A stretch of DNA of 64,000 nt from Tubiluchus corallicola. Lineage: Eukaryota; Animalia; Priapulida. Positions 27,801-58,008 of this stretch are shown piece by piece. Numbering within the stretch: the stretch's first letter is position 1; each line of letters opens with the position of its first letter. A program made the position numbers and the translations under genes. Below the pieces are notes generated by a model, which searched no databases, was not told the DNA's origin, and saw nothing but the letters and a program-made list of their open reading frames with translations. The stretch is taken from assembly GCA_030141605.1 (NCBI GenBank), contig JAQGDQ010000032.1, forward strand, positions 786,065 through 850,064, read 5' to 3'.

Positions 27801-30800
27801 TGGTATTAGTATTTTTCTTCAATGCAGAACTATAACTCTTAAATGTATGCAAGTCGTAATGAAAGCACTTATGGCCCATTTATACATAGGACGGTTTTCT
27901 GCATATTAAAATCGCGCAGTTTACCAAGTAGTTCATCGTTCAAATACAAAGCGGTTTTTCATAACTTCTATCCCACATTCAGAAATGACGTCGTTCGCTG
28001 TGTATGAATGTTGGCACTCTGTTTATATAGGTGAAATCATAAAATTGCTAGAAGACACAGTTGTACATCAGTATACGAAGTATTGCAAAGAAGACCATTG
28101 CACGATCGATGAAAAGTGTGGCATAAAAAGAGAGAGAGAAAGAGAAGGGGGCAAACACACAAATGGAAGGAAGACAGACAGAATCTCACCATAGATAAAC
28201 AGAAAAATTTTGTAAATTGTAGAAGGTGTTTTTCGTACTGTGCTTGTGCTCAGTTAGGCTTTTATCACATAATATTGGATTATCTCCACTTCTAATACTA
28301 TTGTTTCGGTTTTAACAGCCATTGTGCAATGTCCACTTCATTAACACGTGTGTATAGATCTCTTTTTTCTCCTAAAGCAGAGCCATTGCTGATGATGCAT
28401 AAACAAAGCCTACTTCTGATTGGTTGCTTACAGGAAAATAATGTAGTTTTTGTAAAAAAATCACTCAGAGAGTAGTAAGCGAGAGAAACCATGCAGGCGA
28501 TTATTTTGATTTGCGATTTCCCGCATTATGTATAAACGACGTCATCAGTATAACATAGAGCAATTAACAGCGGGAAGCCATGCGGAAAACTCCGCGGGAA
28601 ATCGCCCTATGTATAAACGGGCCATTAGATACGGTAGGTATCATCAACAATCAAAGTGACTCACAAACTACACTTTGATCACTCAGTATTTATCACAACA
28701 AACTACAAAAGACAATAGAAAATACAAGAGTAAGGCTATTACTATGTTATCATTAGCTCAGTGTTTTTTCACGAAGAGTGACATGGTTCATAGCACCCTA
28801 AAAATCCTATGCTTTTACAATCAGTTTATACTTGGAACAGTGTAAGAGCATGCATATATGCTTTTATCCAGAGCTCTCAGCAAGCAGAGTTAATTGTGTA
28901 GCAAACCTACACTGTCCTGACTTGAAGTAATCACTGGAGATTCAACACACAGATCTGTAGAGCAATAGATAATGGCACAACCCAGTCATTGTGAAGTCAG
29001 CAATTAACTTGAAATTTGTCACTGTCAGGTTTTTTCTGTTTCCGGTTTGGCAGTGCCAGATTGCAATCTTTTTTTCTATAAATGTGTGTGAAAATTCACA
29101 GAAATATGCCTGCTTTCGCAAAATTGTACCCAAAGGAGATGTGATCACTATAACTGCTCTTGCAGGCTTTAACTTAAATTTATAAGTGCAGTAATTAAGT
29201 GTATTTTGTGGTCTAAAAGCTGCCATGTTTTCCTTTAAAAATAAGAGAATGAATGTACACAAGTATGTTCTAGAAACTACAAACAAATTTTTATAAACAT
29301 TGTTTAATGTGTAAAAAAAATCCCAAGTTTAGGGGTAAACTTCTACCGTTTTACATATATATATATATAAGATATATATACTATACATTTATACATAAAT
29401 AAATAAAAAATATACATTTATACATTATACATAAAATACATACATAATATATATATTTTAATGTCTTTTTTGATAATTTAATATCTCATGTATGAAATAC
29501 TTTTCCTGGTACAGCAAATGGTCAAAGAAGTTTTTATAGGATTAAATTACTTACAAGATCTTTGTTTTGCGAAGCGGCTTGGAAAAAAGTATCATGATTT
29601 TCAAGGATATGCAGCTCCAGCAAGTGGTTGGTGACGAAGGATGTCTTGCAGTAGCTACAGCTATGTCGGTGCTGAAGATTATAATGAGACTCGTACAACG
29701 GGACTGTTGAAAATGTCTGACTACAACCAGTTTCACATCTGACATGTGTGCAGCGGCTGAAATAATAATTTCTTGTTATTTTAGTGCTTGGCTACGATTA
29801 CCAGATGGTTACAACAGCAAATGTCATGGTGACTCGGCAATAAATTTCCACACGTCCAAAGTGAAAAAGTTGTTGAAAAAATAATATTGCTCAAAAAATA
29901 AGGCCAATATGACAATACGATACCCATGCATGAAAAACAAGAGACTATTACCGTAACTTATTTTCTAATGAAGCAAAAAGTATGTTTGACAAAGTCAAGG
30001 AAATTTTATTTTCTAAACATGAAAATGTTCAAAATGCTCAAAGCACTATGCTGCTGGCAATTCTACATAGTAGTGTCCAAAGTATTTAGCTATGGTTTTT
30101 CACTTATTCAGTTTGCCTCTCTTGCAAAAACATGCAGCAGTATCACAGCCCCAGTATTCATTTGAATTAATTTAGATTAGAATAGATTACTTTATTTCAG
30201 CATAAAAAGCCAGACAAAAACATTTAAGAATATTACATCACATTACAAAAAATACTGTGATAAAAGCTACACTAAAAATACTATTCTATACAACATATGC
30301 CGTAAATAAACGTTTCTATCTATCATGTTCGACGACTGTTATTTACAAACAGTCTATTGTGCCACATCTTAAAATAATGAGATCACATAATTCATACGGA
30401 GTTGGCAACAGTTATTAGATGCTTATTGTTCACAAGTTCTAGTAATTGTTTCCTGATACTGTAATGGGTTTTCCTACAAAGGTGTGAAAAATGTGGCAAT
30501 AATAAATTTTGTCCATAATGACATACAATAAAAAGTAAAACAATATCCCTTAAAAAGATGTAATTTAACATCGTGGGAAACAAATCACCATTATTTCTTT
30601 TAGTGATTTGAATTTTCTGCGGAACACGTGAAACAATAAATAAAAGCAAAAAAGCAAGCTGAATAAAAACACATACTTTTGGGTTAACAAAGTACAGCTA
30701 ATACATAACATTCAGAATGAATGAATAAAAAACTCCTTTACCTGTTTACATCATTAGGGAGCATAACAATTACTTTTGGTGAATTTTTAAGCAGCTCTGT

Positions 30801-30926
30801 AATTCCATCTTGGAAAAAGTCACTGTTCAATTTAAAGTGCCTTCTCAATGGTTCATGTATCCAGGTGTGCATATTCTTATTTGTGTCTTGCATAGCAAAG
30901 TGTGTTTGAGATTATTTATATAGCAT
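24652..30926 (-). CDS. ZNF511: Zinc finger protein 511 orthologue, 5 coding exons: 30926-30742, 29756-29555, 27600-27473, 25631-25548, 24826-24652 (about 257 aa; alternative ATG at 30893)
   Basis: All joins are GT-AG and phase-consistent (2,0,2,2). The protein has ZNF511 hallmarks: RRHFKLNSDFFQDG, C2H2 fingers CETGCSQTFSTVPLYESHYNLQH / CSYCKTSFVTNHLLELHILENHDTFFQ / YQCLVEGCQERF...RKKHMVEFHKYPTDFRF, and C-terminal LPQGFAFGRGIGRGF. Confidence 0.9.
25548..25631 (-). CDS. ZNF511: ZNF511 coding exon 4
   Basis: tttttcaacag acceptor, gtatgt donor, phase 2-2, 84 nt; LTEFAHAVAGAMPMELEAADIDKGARK. Confidence 0.65.
27473..27600 (-). CDS. ZNF511: ZNF511 coding exon 3 (third C2H2 finger)
   Basis: tttttccag acceptor, gtaagt donor; YQCLVEGCQERFHDSNIRKKHMVEFHKYPTDFRF. 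Confidence 0.9.
27872..28624. mobile_element. PIF/Harbinger-type non-autonomous element (MITE) in ZNF511 intron
   Basis: Terminal inverted repeats TGGCCCATTTATACATAGG ... CCTATGTATAAACGGGCCA, flanked on both sides by TTA (27869-71, 28625-27), the typical TWA TSD; internal inverted motif atgacgtcgtt/aacgacgtcat. Confidence 0.75.
29555..29756 (-). CDS. ZNF511: ZNF511 coding exon 2 (two C2H2 fingers)
   Basis: tttcag acceptor, gtaagt donor; RCETGCSQTF...HYNLQHRHSCSYCKTSF...HILENHDTFFQAASQNKDL. Confidence 0.9.
30742..30926 (-). CDS. ZNF511: ZNF511 coding exon 1
   Basis: MLYKISQTHFAMQDTNKNMHTWIHEPLRRHFKLNSDFFQDG...; acceptor TTTTTGTAG ending at 30957; donor AG|GTAAAG. Confidence 0.8.
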
Positions 30927-31216
30927 CTAGTGAGCTGAGAGTTCATCTGCAAGAGCCTACAAAAAGCAAACATCTGGTATCCATCCAGCTACGAAAAACA
31001 TCGTTCAGTATGAAGTTAACAATCATTGCTAAGACACAACGTGGTATCTATGTCTACAGATCTACAGATGAATAAATAACCTTGAAAATCCAAGTATTAA
31101 GATGAATTTGTCATAAGTTCACAAGGCACAATTGCTTTCAATTAGCACAAAAAGCCTCATCAGAAAAAGATCTAGGAATTTAAGTTATGGTTTGTCTAAC
31201 ATAAAGTTCAACAGGA

Positions 31217-34200
31217 TTAATCAGCTAACATGTGAACAAAGCTGACAGGAAAAAGCCCACAACGGTCAGGATGATCTTCAAGAATCCCTTCCTTCCAGTT
31301 CTCATCTTCAACTGCATCATTTGTGATTACAATTATGTCCCCCTCAGAAAATGACAATTCATCATCATTGTCAGCTTCACAGTCATATAATGCTTGGCAA
31401 CGCCTCGGTTTAACAGAATCAACTTTTTTACGAGGAGCTGGTTTTGGAAGCATGTTATCAATTGCTTCAAAAGAATTATTTCTCACACGAACAGGGCTGC
31501 TTGAGGGATTATTGCCAAATGCACTATTTTCACTAGAAAGAGCAGACATTGATGTTGACATACTGCTACTTCTTGCATGACTTTTGTTCCATGGAATATC
31601 TGACGGTAACACAGCAGACGATTGTGCTTTGGAAGACAGGCGTGATTTCTCTTTGACGTTGCTAGAGTGACGATCTGTAAAATTTGGCTTGCTTGCTGTA
31701 GTAGGTTTCTCTCGTATTGGAGGCCGACCATCCGTGTTGGATGACCGAGGTGCAATAGCTGGTTTATTACTAGCCACTGATGACCTGTCACCTGTACCAC
31801 GCAGTCCTGCACTTGGAATCCTTGCCCCTTGAAATGCAGGTGGTGGTGGAAGAACAAACACACCAGAATGCATATGAGAATTTCTTGATTGTGACAAGGT
31901 ATGCACTGTTAGTGGCAATTCTGGAGAAGGATTTGGATCAGAGGAAGTTCGGCGGTATTTTTTGGATTCACCTGGTTCCACCACAGGTCTTGCTGGTGGC
32001 TTAGGTGCTAAAATATCAGGCATTTTGATAGCCGTATTTCGCTGCTTTCTTAAACTTCCTTGTGATGTAAGGGACGATGTCATTTTGTTGCTAGGAGGTG
32101 GCGGAGGTGGTCCTATGCTGTTTCTTGATGACTGCGGCGATACCGATTCACTAGGAGATCCAGAGAAATGGTGCACAGATCTGGGTCTAGACGTTGGTGA
32201 ATCATTAACTGTAAGCCGTTTATTCTTATCAGGTGTTATCCTTGAATCATCAAGTTCATCATCACTAAAATAATCAACAGGATCATAGATATGATCATCT
32301 TGAATTAGACCCCAGTCAATGTTCACATTTTCAAACTGTTCTTTTTTGCCAGATGATGCAAAATTCAAAAGTTCTACACATAAACGAAAGCCTCGTTCAT
32401 TTGCAAGAGCCTTCGGTATTTTGCCATCAAAATTTTTAACATCCGTCTTAGCCCCAGAGCGCAAAAGCAATCTCATACATTCAGTCTGATTGTACAGAGA
32501 ACACAGATGAAGCGCAGTGTCACCATCCTTATTTTGAACGTCAAGATTCTTACTGTTTTGGACTAGAAAGTCGACTATATGCAGTGAAGTTCCATCCTCC
32601 TGTGACACGGCTAAATGCAAAGCTGTGTCGGTTTTTTCAGTATCAGACAGAATAACTGTAAGATCAATACCTTCAGCAAATACTTGTAATAATGATGGCA
32701 TATCACGACTTAAAACAGAAGCCCTCAAATCTTGCATTAGATCAGCACCACAAGAAGCTGTTCTCATGCAATACTGTTTGTCTACGTACTTAGCACGAAT
32801 AAATTCTTTCCTTTCTTCCATTGGACTAGAATTACTTGGCTTGTGCTTCAAAGGCAATGTGGCCTCAAATATTTCATTAAACATTGCATTACCAACAAAT
32901 CTGGCAAGCAGTAGTTGAGATGTTCCAACGTGATCAAGGTCAAGTGATTGTACACGTGAAACATGAACACCCATTTCCCGGTGAACACCCGAACATTCTA
33001 TGCAAACCAGTATACCAAAGTTTGTTGAAAGCCATGTAACACCTTCCACTGCACCACAGTCACAACAACGATCATTTCCTGGCTGTTCTCGTGCTGCTCT
33101 TACAATACTGTCACGTAATTCTAGTAAACTGTCATTTGGTTCAGAATCTTTCCCGGGGTCAGTGAAAGCCTTATTCAGTTGCTCCTCTTTGCTGTTTATC
33201 AATACAGACATCCAAGCTTCCATTTCACCATCCTGTTCTGCCTGGAAATGATATGTCCTATTATGTGAAATGAGATCAAAGCATTTCCTGTCCTCCGGGA
33301 CAGACTTCACTTGACAGGTTAACAAATTCAGCTTAACGGGTGGCTTTGTTTCATCTGAATGGAATATGTACAGAAATCCCTCCATTACACTGCATCGACG
33401 CTTTTGCCAGGTTTTTCGCATTTTACTTTCACTCTTCTTAAACAAATAACCCGACTTTGAACAGCCATGTAACTTGTTACCTTGCAACTGATGAAGGTTG
33501 TATCCAGTAGGAACACCCTGTACTTGTTCTTCTTTTTCCAAATTGAATGAAGATTTCAGTAGTGACCTTAGTTCTAATAGTTGTTTTTTCTCATTATCCT
33601 GTTTATGTTTTATCATATGCAATTTGTTGGACAGTTCACCAACATACATATTAAAATGCTCTATCGTTTTAAGACCATCTTGAAAGAAGTTATTTTGTGC
33701 ATGGTAATATTCAACAAAATGCTGCAAAAGTTCGACTCCCTTTTTTGTTTTAATATCATTCACTTTTATTAAATAGTCGCACATTTGCAGCTGAAACATC
33801 CGCCTTTCTTTTTCCATTTCTTCTGCTAATTCTGCAGGTGATAATTCAGTTCGGAAAAGACCTACTTCTTTAGCTTGCTGCAATTTCTCTTTTTTTAGCT
33901 TTGACACTTTTGTGTCATAGTCTTTCCAAGCTTTATCGAATGGTTTCTTCAGTTCTCCTTTCACTCCTTTTAAATCTCCTTTTAAAAGTGAATCTAATGG
34001 AAACATTATAATGTTGTTCAGGTTTTGCATTAATGTTTTCATAAGTGCTGAAAGTTCTTTCGTAACTACTGAAAATTTCAGAAAAGCAGCACCAACTTCG
34101 TCACAATCAAACGAGTTTGAAAACACATTGCTACCAAGTTTCTCTAAGTTTTCAGCTAAGAACGACTCGTTTTGTACGTATGTATTTCCTGTGTTGTATA

Positions 34201-34381
34201 TTGCTTTGACGGATTTTTTCATCTTGCCCAGACAAAGGCGATCTTGGTCCAAAGAATCTTCTAAATTAAACAAAGTTTGTCGACAAACGCCCATCTTATT
34301 CACAAAAGTGGCAGTTGTTGGAGAGTTATAGTCCTCCCTGGTTTCTGCCAGGTACTCTGCTACTGTCATATTCTCGGGCAT
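31217..34381 (-). CDS. ASAP1: Arf-GAP with SH3, ankyrin repeat and PH domains (ASAP family), 1054 aa, intronless
   Basis: Uninterrupted 3165-nt ORF. ASAP-type N-terminus (MPENMTVAEYLAETREDYNSPTT), BAR domain (FPLDSLLKGDLKGVKG), PH domain (KSGYLFKKS...WQKRRC), ArfGAP Zn finger (CCDCGA...WLSTNFGILVCIECSGVHREMGVHVSRVQSL), ankyrin repeats (TALHLAV, TALHLC), DYFSDDELDD motif, Pro-rich linker and C-terminal SH3 (CQALYDCEADNDDELSFSEGD...GLFPVSFV). Confidence 0.97.
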   Translation of the reverse strand: MPENMTVAEYLAETREDYNSPTTATFVNKMGVCRQTLFNLEDSLDQDRLCLGKMKKSVKAIYNTGNTYVQNESFLAENLEKLGSNVFSNSFDCDEVGAAFLKFSVVTKELSALMKTLMQNLNNIIMFPLDSLLKGDLKGVKGELKKPFDKAWKDYDTKVSKLKKEKLQQAKEVGLFRTELSPAELAEEMEKERRMFQLQMCDYLIKVNDIKTKKGVELLQHFVEYYHAQNNFFQDGLKTIEHFNMYVGELSNKLHMIKHKQDNEKKQLLELRSLLKSSFNLEKEEQVQGVPTGYNLHQLQGNKLHGCSKSGYLFKKSESKMRKTWQKRRCSVMEGFLYIFHSDETKPPVKLNLLTCQVKSVPEDRKCFDLISHNRTYHFQAEQDGEMEAWMSVLINSKEEQLNKAFTDPGKDSEPNDSLLELRDSIVRAAREQPGNDRCCDCGAVEGVTWLSTNFGILVCIECSGVHREMGVHVSRVQSLDLDHVGTSQLLLARFVGNAMFNEIFEATLPLKHKPSNSSPMEERKEFIRAKYVDKQYCMRTASCGADLMQDLRASVLSRDMPSLLQVFAEGIDLTVILSDTEKTDTALHLAVSQEDGTSLHIVDFLVQNSKNLDVQNKDGDTALHLCSLYNQTECMRLLLRSGAKTDVKNFDGKIPKALANERGFRLCVELLNFASSGKKEQFENVNIDWGLIQDDHIYDPVDYFSDDELDDSRITPDKNKRLTVNDSPTSRPRSVHHFSGSPSESVSPQSSRNSIGPPPPPPSNKMTSSLTSQGSLRKQRNTAIKMPDILAPKPPARPVVEPGESKKYRRTSSDPNPSPELPLTVHTLSQSRNSHMHSGVFVLPPPPAFQGARIPSAGLRGTGDRSSVASNKPAIAPRSSNTDGRPPIREKPTTASKPNFTDRHSSNVKEKSRLSSKAQSSAVLPSDIPWNKSHARSSSMSTSMSALSSENSAFGNNPSSSPVRVRNNSFEAIDNMLPKPAPRKKVDSVKPRRCQALYDCEADNDDELSFSEGDIIVITNDAVEDENWKEGILEDHPDRCGLFPVSFVHMLAD

Positions 34382-52371
<17,990 letters not shown>

Positions 52372-55300
52372 GAGTTGAAATATTGAGCTGCTATTTTGGC
52401 AGTCAGGTGCACATCAACATTTGAAAGTCATGTGAATTTTATATCATAATTCCAGCTGTGCACCTTCATGGAAAGATAAGAAAACTACTTGTGGTCACAA
52501 GTTTAATTACAACTCTTCTGTCAGTCATTGTTTTAGCTTGTAGGTCTGATTATTCTCATTGGTGATTTCAGATGAATCACCCCTGTGACGTGTTTATTCA
52601 TTTTTCTAATTTAATTAAATCTAATGACTTGTGGGAGCGGAAGTAAGACTTTCAATACGTGACTAAGAACTCTAATACTGTAACATAAAACTAAGTGAAA
52701 TGCTAAGTAGCTGCTGGATTGTGCACTGTACAGCTGCACCCATATTACAGTCTACACGCGTATACTGTTCAATTTTCCCAACTTTTAATTGACTTTTGCA
52801 CTGTACAGCACGTCGAACTGTATGAGTGATTTTTCTGAAGTGCTTAATAAAGAGCAGAGAAAATAATAGTTATGCAGGTGTTGTAATTTTTAAACAAATT
52901 GCTGTGGCTTCTGAAGTCCCGTTATTAAATTCTTTTGGAACACTAGAAGTCCATTACTGTGTGAAGTTTCAAGTGTTCTGGCACATTATGTTTTTTGTTA
53001 TATTTTGAAATTTGTCAACATTAGATCAATGAAAGGAGTTGAAGTTTCATGAAAAAGTAAGAAGATTATGGTAACTGTATTACTAGTTCTGCTGATTTCC
53101 AAAATTGCCAAAATTTCTATTTTTGCTGGTTCATTACATTTTCTATGGATGTTTTACAAATTTTTACCAAATATGCAGAGACCAAATATTATACGCTGAT
53201 TTATTACAAATTGTGTGCATAAAATTCTATTGCAATTTATATAAAAATTATTGCAAAGTGGTTGTAATTTTTCTTATTCTAAAGTTTTTGAAAGTGTTAA
53301 ATTTCTTCTCACCTATATGTACATATTATGTTGCCCCCAAGAATTTGGTCCTAGTGACTAACAATGAGATTATCTTGTTTGTACATATATTACGTACATT
53401 GCAGGTATGCTTGCCAAATACAAATTTTGAGGTGTTGTGTACATGATTACCTTGTGTGAAATTTAGTTACAATAAATCCAATTTATTTAATATGTAGATC
53501 GATTGTAAAAAATATTTAAATGCGAATCACTTATTATTCAATTCATTTGTAAAGACATGTTTTTATACCTTCATACCATTAATAGAGGTTTATGTTAATG
53601 GATTTTAATTTTTCTTTTTAACTATGCACTAGATTGTTTTAATAGTATTGTAACATTGCGTGGGGAACTCAAATTTCAATTCAACCATTGAAGCACAGGA
53701 TTTCTTTATAAAATAACCCAAGTATGTTACGTATCTACAAAAGCAGTGATGCAATTATATTCACATTACAGTTATCTGTGTAGATACGCTTGACGCATGT
53801 AAACAACTAGTGAACAAGTAGTACTGTTTTGTCGTAAATAAGTAAAACAACAGTAAAATGAGTATTAATTTCAGTATTGATTATTATTTTGTACAGATAG
53901 AGAGATTTATTTTTTGTTCATAGTGTAATTGCTAATCATGGATGTAACTTGGTGCATAATCTGGCCTACATAATTATTAGTACTAGAACGTATGAATGTG
54001 GCAAATTTAGTTCAAATTTTTAAAATTTATTGTAACTTGTGTAGAGGATCGTATCTAATCAAATCTGTTTAGGTGTTTCTTACTGAATTTAGATAAATTC
54101 TAACATTTTATTTGTTTTCATATGCTAATATCTCTTCTCTGTTATTCGCATTTCTGTTTAGTGTTAATTGTGGCATGGTACTTTTGTCTGCAATTGTAAT
54201 TTTTTTGAAACTGAAACTCAATTTTGCAAAAATGTTTCTTTTATAAAATATTACATTTATTTACCACTACAGCACATGTTTGTGCTACATGTTGTATCTG
54301 TTCGTTTCGGTAAAATAAACATAAAAATAAATTTGTGTATTTGAGAACTACTTTTGGAATTGCAAATTTTTATGTCATGGCTACGCTTGTATGGTCATGG
54401 TATCAAATAATCTGATAAATGGTTTATACAGCAGATATACACATATTTTGTTTAATATAAAGTTAAACGCACATTTTTGCTGGACAATAATAATATGCTT
54501 CATAGTTTCTATAAATACATGTTTTACCTATCCTGTTCATCACTGCTGCGACGAGTGGATATTTGTCAATAAGCCATTGCAGGTGTTTGTAGACCAAGAA
54601 ATGTATTATGTTAAAGTAAATGCAACAAGGGCGCAATTTTACAAACAGCATTACTGTGTTGAAATAATAAAAATTCCTATACATAGTGTGTGTAGTAAGC
54701 GAGAGAGCATACTTATGTTTTTAGACTATCTTTAATAGTAATTGCATGTGTGGCAGAATTAGAGATAAGATCAAGATTTATCTGTATTTCAATACTTTGT
54801 ATAGTATTATACTCTGAAACACGACAACAGTGTTCAAAATTTGTAACTATGATTGAAATTGTTCTCTGTTTTGCGGGCACGGTAAAAAACAACAGCGAGA
54901 AGTCATTAAAACTCACATTGTCTCAATGACTCATGCACACTGCCTCTGCATAAACTGACGTGTGCGGTGCAACTGCACAATCAAAAAACGCTCAGGCAGT
55001 GGTGCTTGTAAAGAGAAATAATGGCAGGATACATACGCTGCGACGGCATGCTATTACGTTAGCTAATTAGCGATAGCGTGCTGCGACATTGTTTGTGCAA
55101 GAGAGATTTCTTGCAACGGTGAGGTGAAGCCCGCCCCTCTTATGTACAAAATTATTGACTGCCCGTTTTCGCACGTTTCTTTGCGAGGTGCTATTCAAAT
55201 ACGCTCGCGTGTATCGTGATTGTGCGAGGATACCAAAGGTTTCCCACGCCGTCTCATAGGCCGCATTATGCCCCAATTGCTTAGCCTTGGATTTCAATTT

Positions 55301-57586
55301 TTCTGTTTTATGATATTTCACTTTCCAAGTGAACATGGAGCATCTGTATGAGTAAAGCACCTATAATGGAATTTTGGAATAACTCTCACCTTTTAAATCA
55401 GGACTGAATGCATATAAACGTGTCGCGCTGTCTAGCTAATTAATCTGTGACTTTTATTTATACCATGACAAATTGATAGAATTACTTTGAGTTAGCGTCT
55501 CATCAAAGATAATGACGTACAAACATTTAAATCCCTATCCAATTGATAGGCCCCTGAAAGAAGATAATGTTACTTTAGTAAACAAGTTAATACAATTATT
55601 TAAACTGAACATGCAGAGACAAAGGTATTTATTTAAAATTCTTTTTTGTGCCATTAAGTCTCAAGAAAGACAATTCGAAAATTTCAAAATATTTCATTAT
55701 TCACATTAGACCCACACACTTTAACATAGAAAGCTTGGCCACAAATTTAGTTAATTTTGGCCACGTATAGGCAGCTTGTGGGTGTTTGATTTGGACACAG
55801 ATAAATTGGACACAAGGTATTTTGAACACATATTTAGGTTATTTGGACGCATAAGACATTTGGTGCAAGAATGAAGTAGTAGCTTCCGCTTCAGTAACGA
55901 ACAGCAACTTGCCGTTTGGTTAACCCAAACGAAAAGGCGTGGTAATTTCGTATAGTTTTCGCTAGAATGTGACTCCAGTCTAAAAATCGAGACAACCAGT
56001 TGAAAACTGAACGTGTGAATGAGGTGCTATCTAGACAAAAAAGCTTGTTTTAGCCATTTGCCCATTAACCGAAAATGTTAGAAGCCAGTTCACGAATGAT
56101 AATTTTTCTAATGTTATTGATGTGTTTGAAGACGAAGTAGTGAAGTTATTTACCGATTGATTGGTGCTGTTTAAGGAGTAGGCCACTGACTTTCATCAAA
56201 CAAAAATCATTCCATAAGATTCGGCCAATTTCATTGGAGATTGTTCTCAGGTTTGTTGTGTATAGTATTGCATTTTGTATGTTGGCACTGTATATAGGTT
56301 TGCTTTAGATGGCAGTGAATTTTCTTGGATGCGTGTTTTACCTAACGACGTTTTCGATTATGGAATAAGCCTAACTTCAAACTTGTATTATTTGGACTAT
56401 GCAACTAACCTGGTTGTATGTACTAGATATACCACATTTCCCACAGAAAAAAATCATTTCTTGCAGCATTTCAGCTTTGTTAGGCTTCTACCTGACAATA
56501 TTTGTCTGATCTCAGGTCATCAAGAAACAAAATGTTGCTTGGCGCATAGTGTATGCAATGCTGATTTTGACAATCGTTAACTGAAATGTCCTCTCTATCC
56601 TCAAAAGTAGCTTGTTGAAGCGCATTTTAGAGTGACAATTGAAATCGTAAAATAACAAACCTGTTCTTCTTTGGAAATTTGTTTTCTATTAAAATCAATT
56701 AGTCGAGTACATTTATAGGAATTTTGAATTATTTTGCTCTTGGAATGTGGGTGCTCCTACGTAACAAGTCGTGCAAGACTTCTGGAATTTATGAAAGGGT
56801 TACTTATATGCATCAGTCGATTAGTTCCATTTAACAGATGTAAAGTAACTCCATTATTATCCCAACAGCGGCTCTTCAGTTCACGCTATTTTAGCCTCAC
56901 CGACGGCAGGTGGGTTAATGAGAACACACACGGATTTCAACCACAATTCAGAGAATAACCTTACCTGGCAAATTAGCAACACAATAGCTTCTACATGGCA
57001 CGAGCACAATAGATAAATTAGAAATGCGCCTATTGTGTTGTGGTAAGCAGTGGACACTGGTCAAGATCTATTAATAAACATGGCACACGTCAAGCAGCAG
57101 CTGGTCACTGGTCAGTGAAAGATGTAGAGAATTCTGACAGCTGTGAGCAGCTTTTCTTCATGCTGCCTCGACGGTAGTAGATAGACATCATGATTTGGGA
57201 ATTTAAACTATAAAGTGATACCACCAAGAAATTGTGAAGGCTCAGCGCTGTACTGAATATGCTTCCAAGGCGTAATGTTCAACACAGAAAAATTTAGAAA
57301 CAGAATTGATTTGCCTAGTTTAGTGCTAGTACATGTATATTGACGCTAGCTAATATATGCAGTTTAAAATTAAATGCAGAAATATTAATAAAACGCTGAA
57401 AATGGCATCATAATAATTTCTGCCGTTACCGTTGGTAACCATCATGATCTTTCGGAGGACATTAGCTGTGATCACTCGTGCTCTGTAAAGAGTAAAATTT
57501 CGTCTTTAAGTAAAAGAGCTATATCAGTTTATAAATAAAAGAACCCATTTAAAAAAAATAGAAGTGGGCTTAATTTCTTTTTATTC

Positions 57587-57825
57587 TATGAAATTAGGTC
57601 TCACCATATTGAGTAACATTATAACTGAAATATGTCAAGCTGCATGATTTTTCAACTGACTTAAAACCCAGCCTAAACATTAAACATCGGCTAAACTGCT
57701 CCTCTATATGAAATTAGGTCTCACCATATTGAATAACATTATAACTGAAATATGTCAAGCTGCATGATTTTTCAACTGACTTAAAACCCAGCCTAAACAT
57801 TAAACATCGGCTAAACTGCTCCTCT
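57587..57825. repeat. Near-perfect 120-bp tandem duplication
   Basis: tatgaaattaggtctcaccatattga(g/a)taacatt...ctaaactgctcctct present twice, period 120, one mismatch. Confidence 0.95.
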
Positions 57826-57936
57826 GCACATACAATAACTGAATTTCCAAAAAACAAAAATTAGTGCCAACTTTTCCTATACAAACGTAATCCAAAATTA
57901 TGCTTAAAGCATTTGTCTCCCTTCTTCACTTCCTCG

Positions 57937-57999
<63 letters not shown>

Positions 58000-58008
58000 T
58001 CCCTCTCT
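57937..58008. repeat. (CT)n microsatellite
   Basis: Directly visible. Confidence 0.95.

Noticed and set aside
30141-30150. TATCACAGCC, matching the miR-2 family 5' end
   Set aside because: No complementary arm for a pre-miRNA hairpin. At most it is a K-box target site on the minus strand, and a single motif can be chance.
31323-34331. Several + strand and alternative-frame ORFs of 60-126 aa overlapping ASAP
   Set aside because: Antisense or shadow frames of a long coding sequence, with no independent domain signal.
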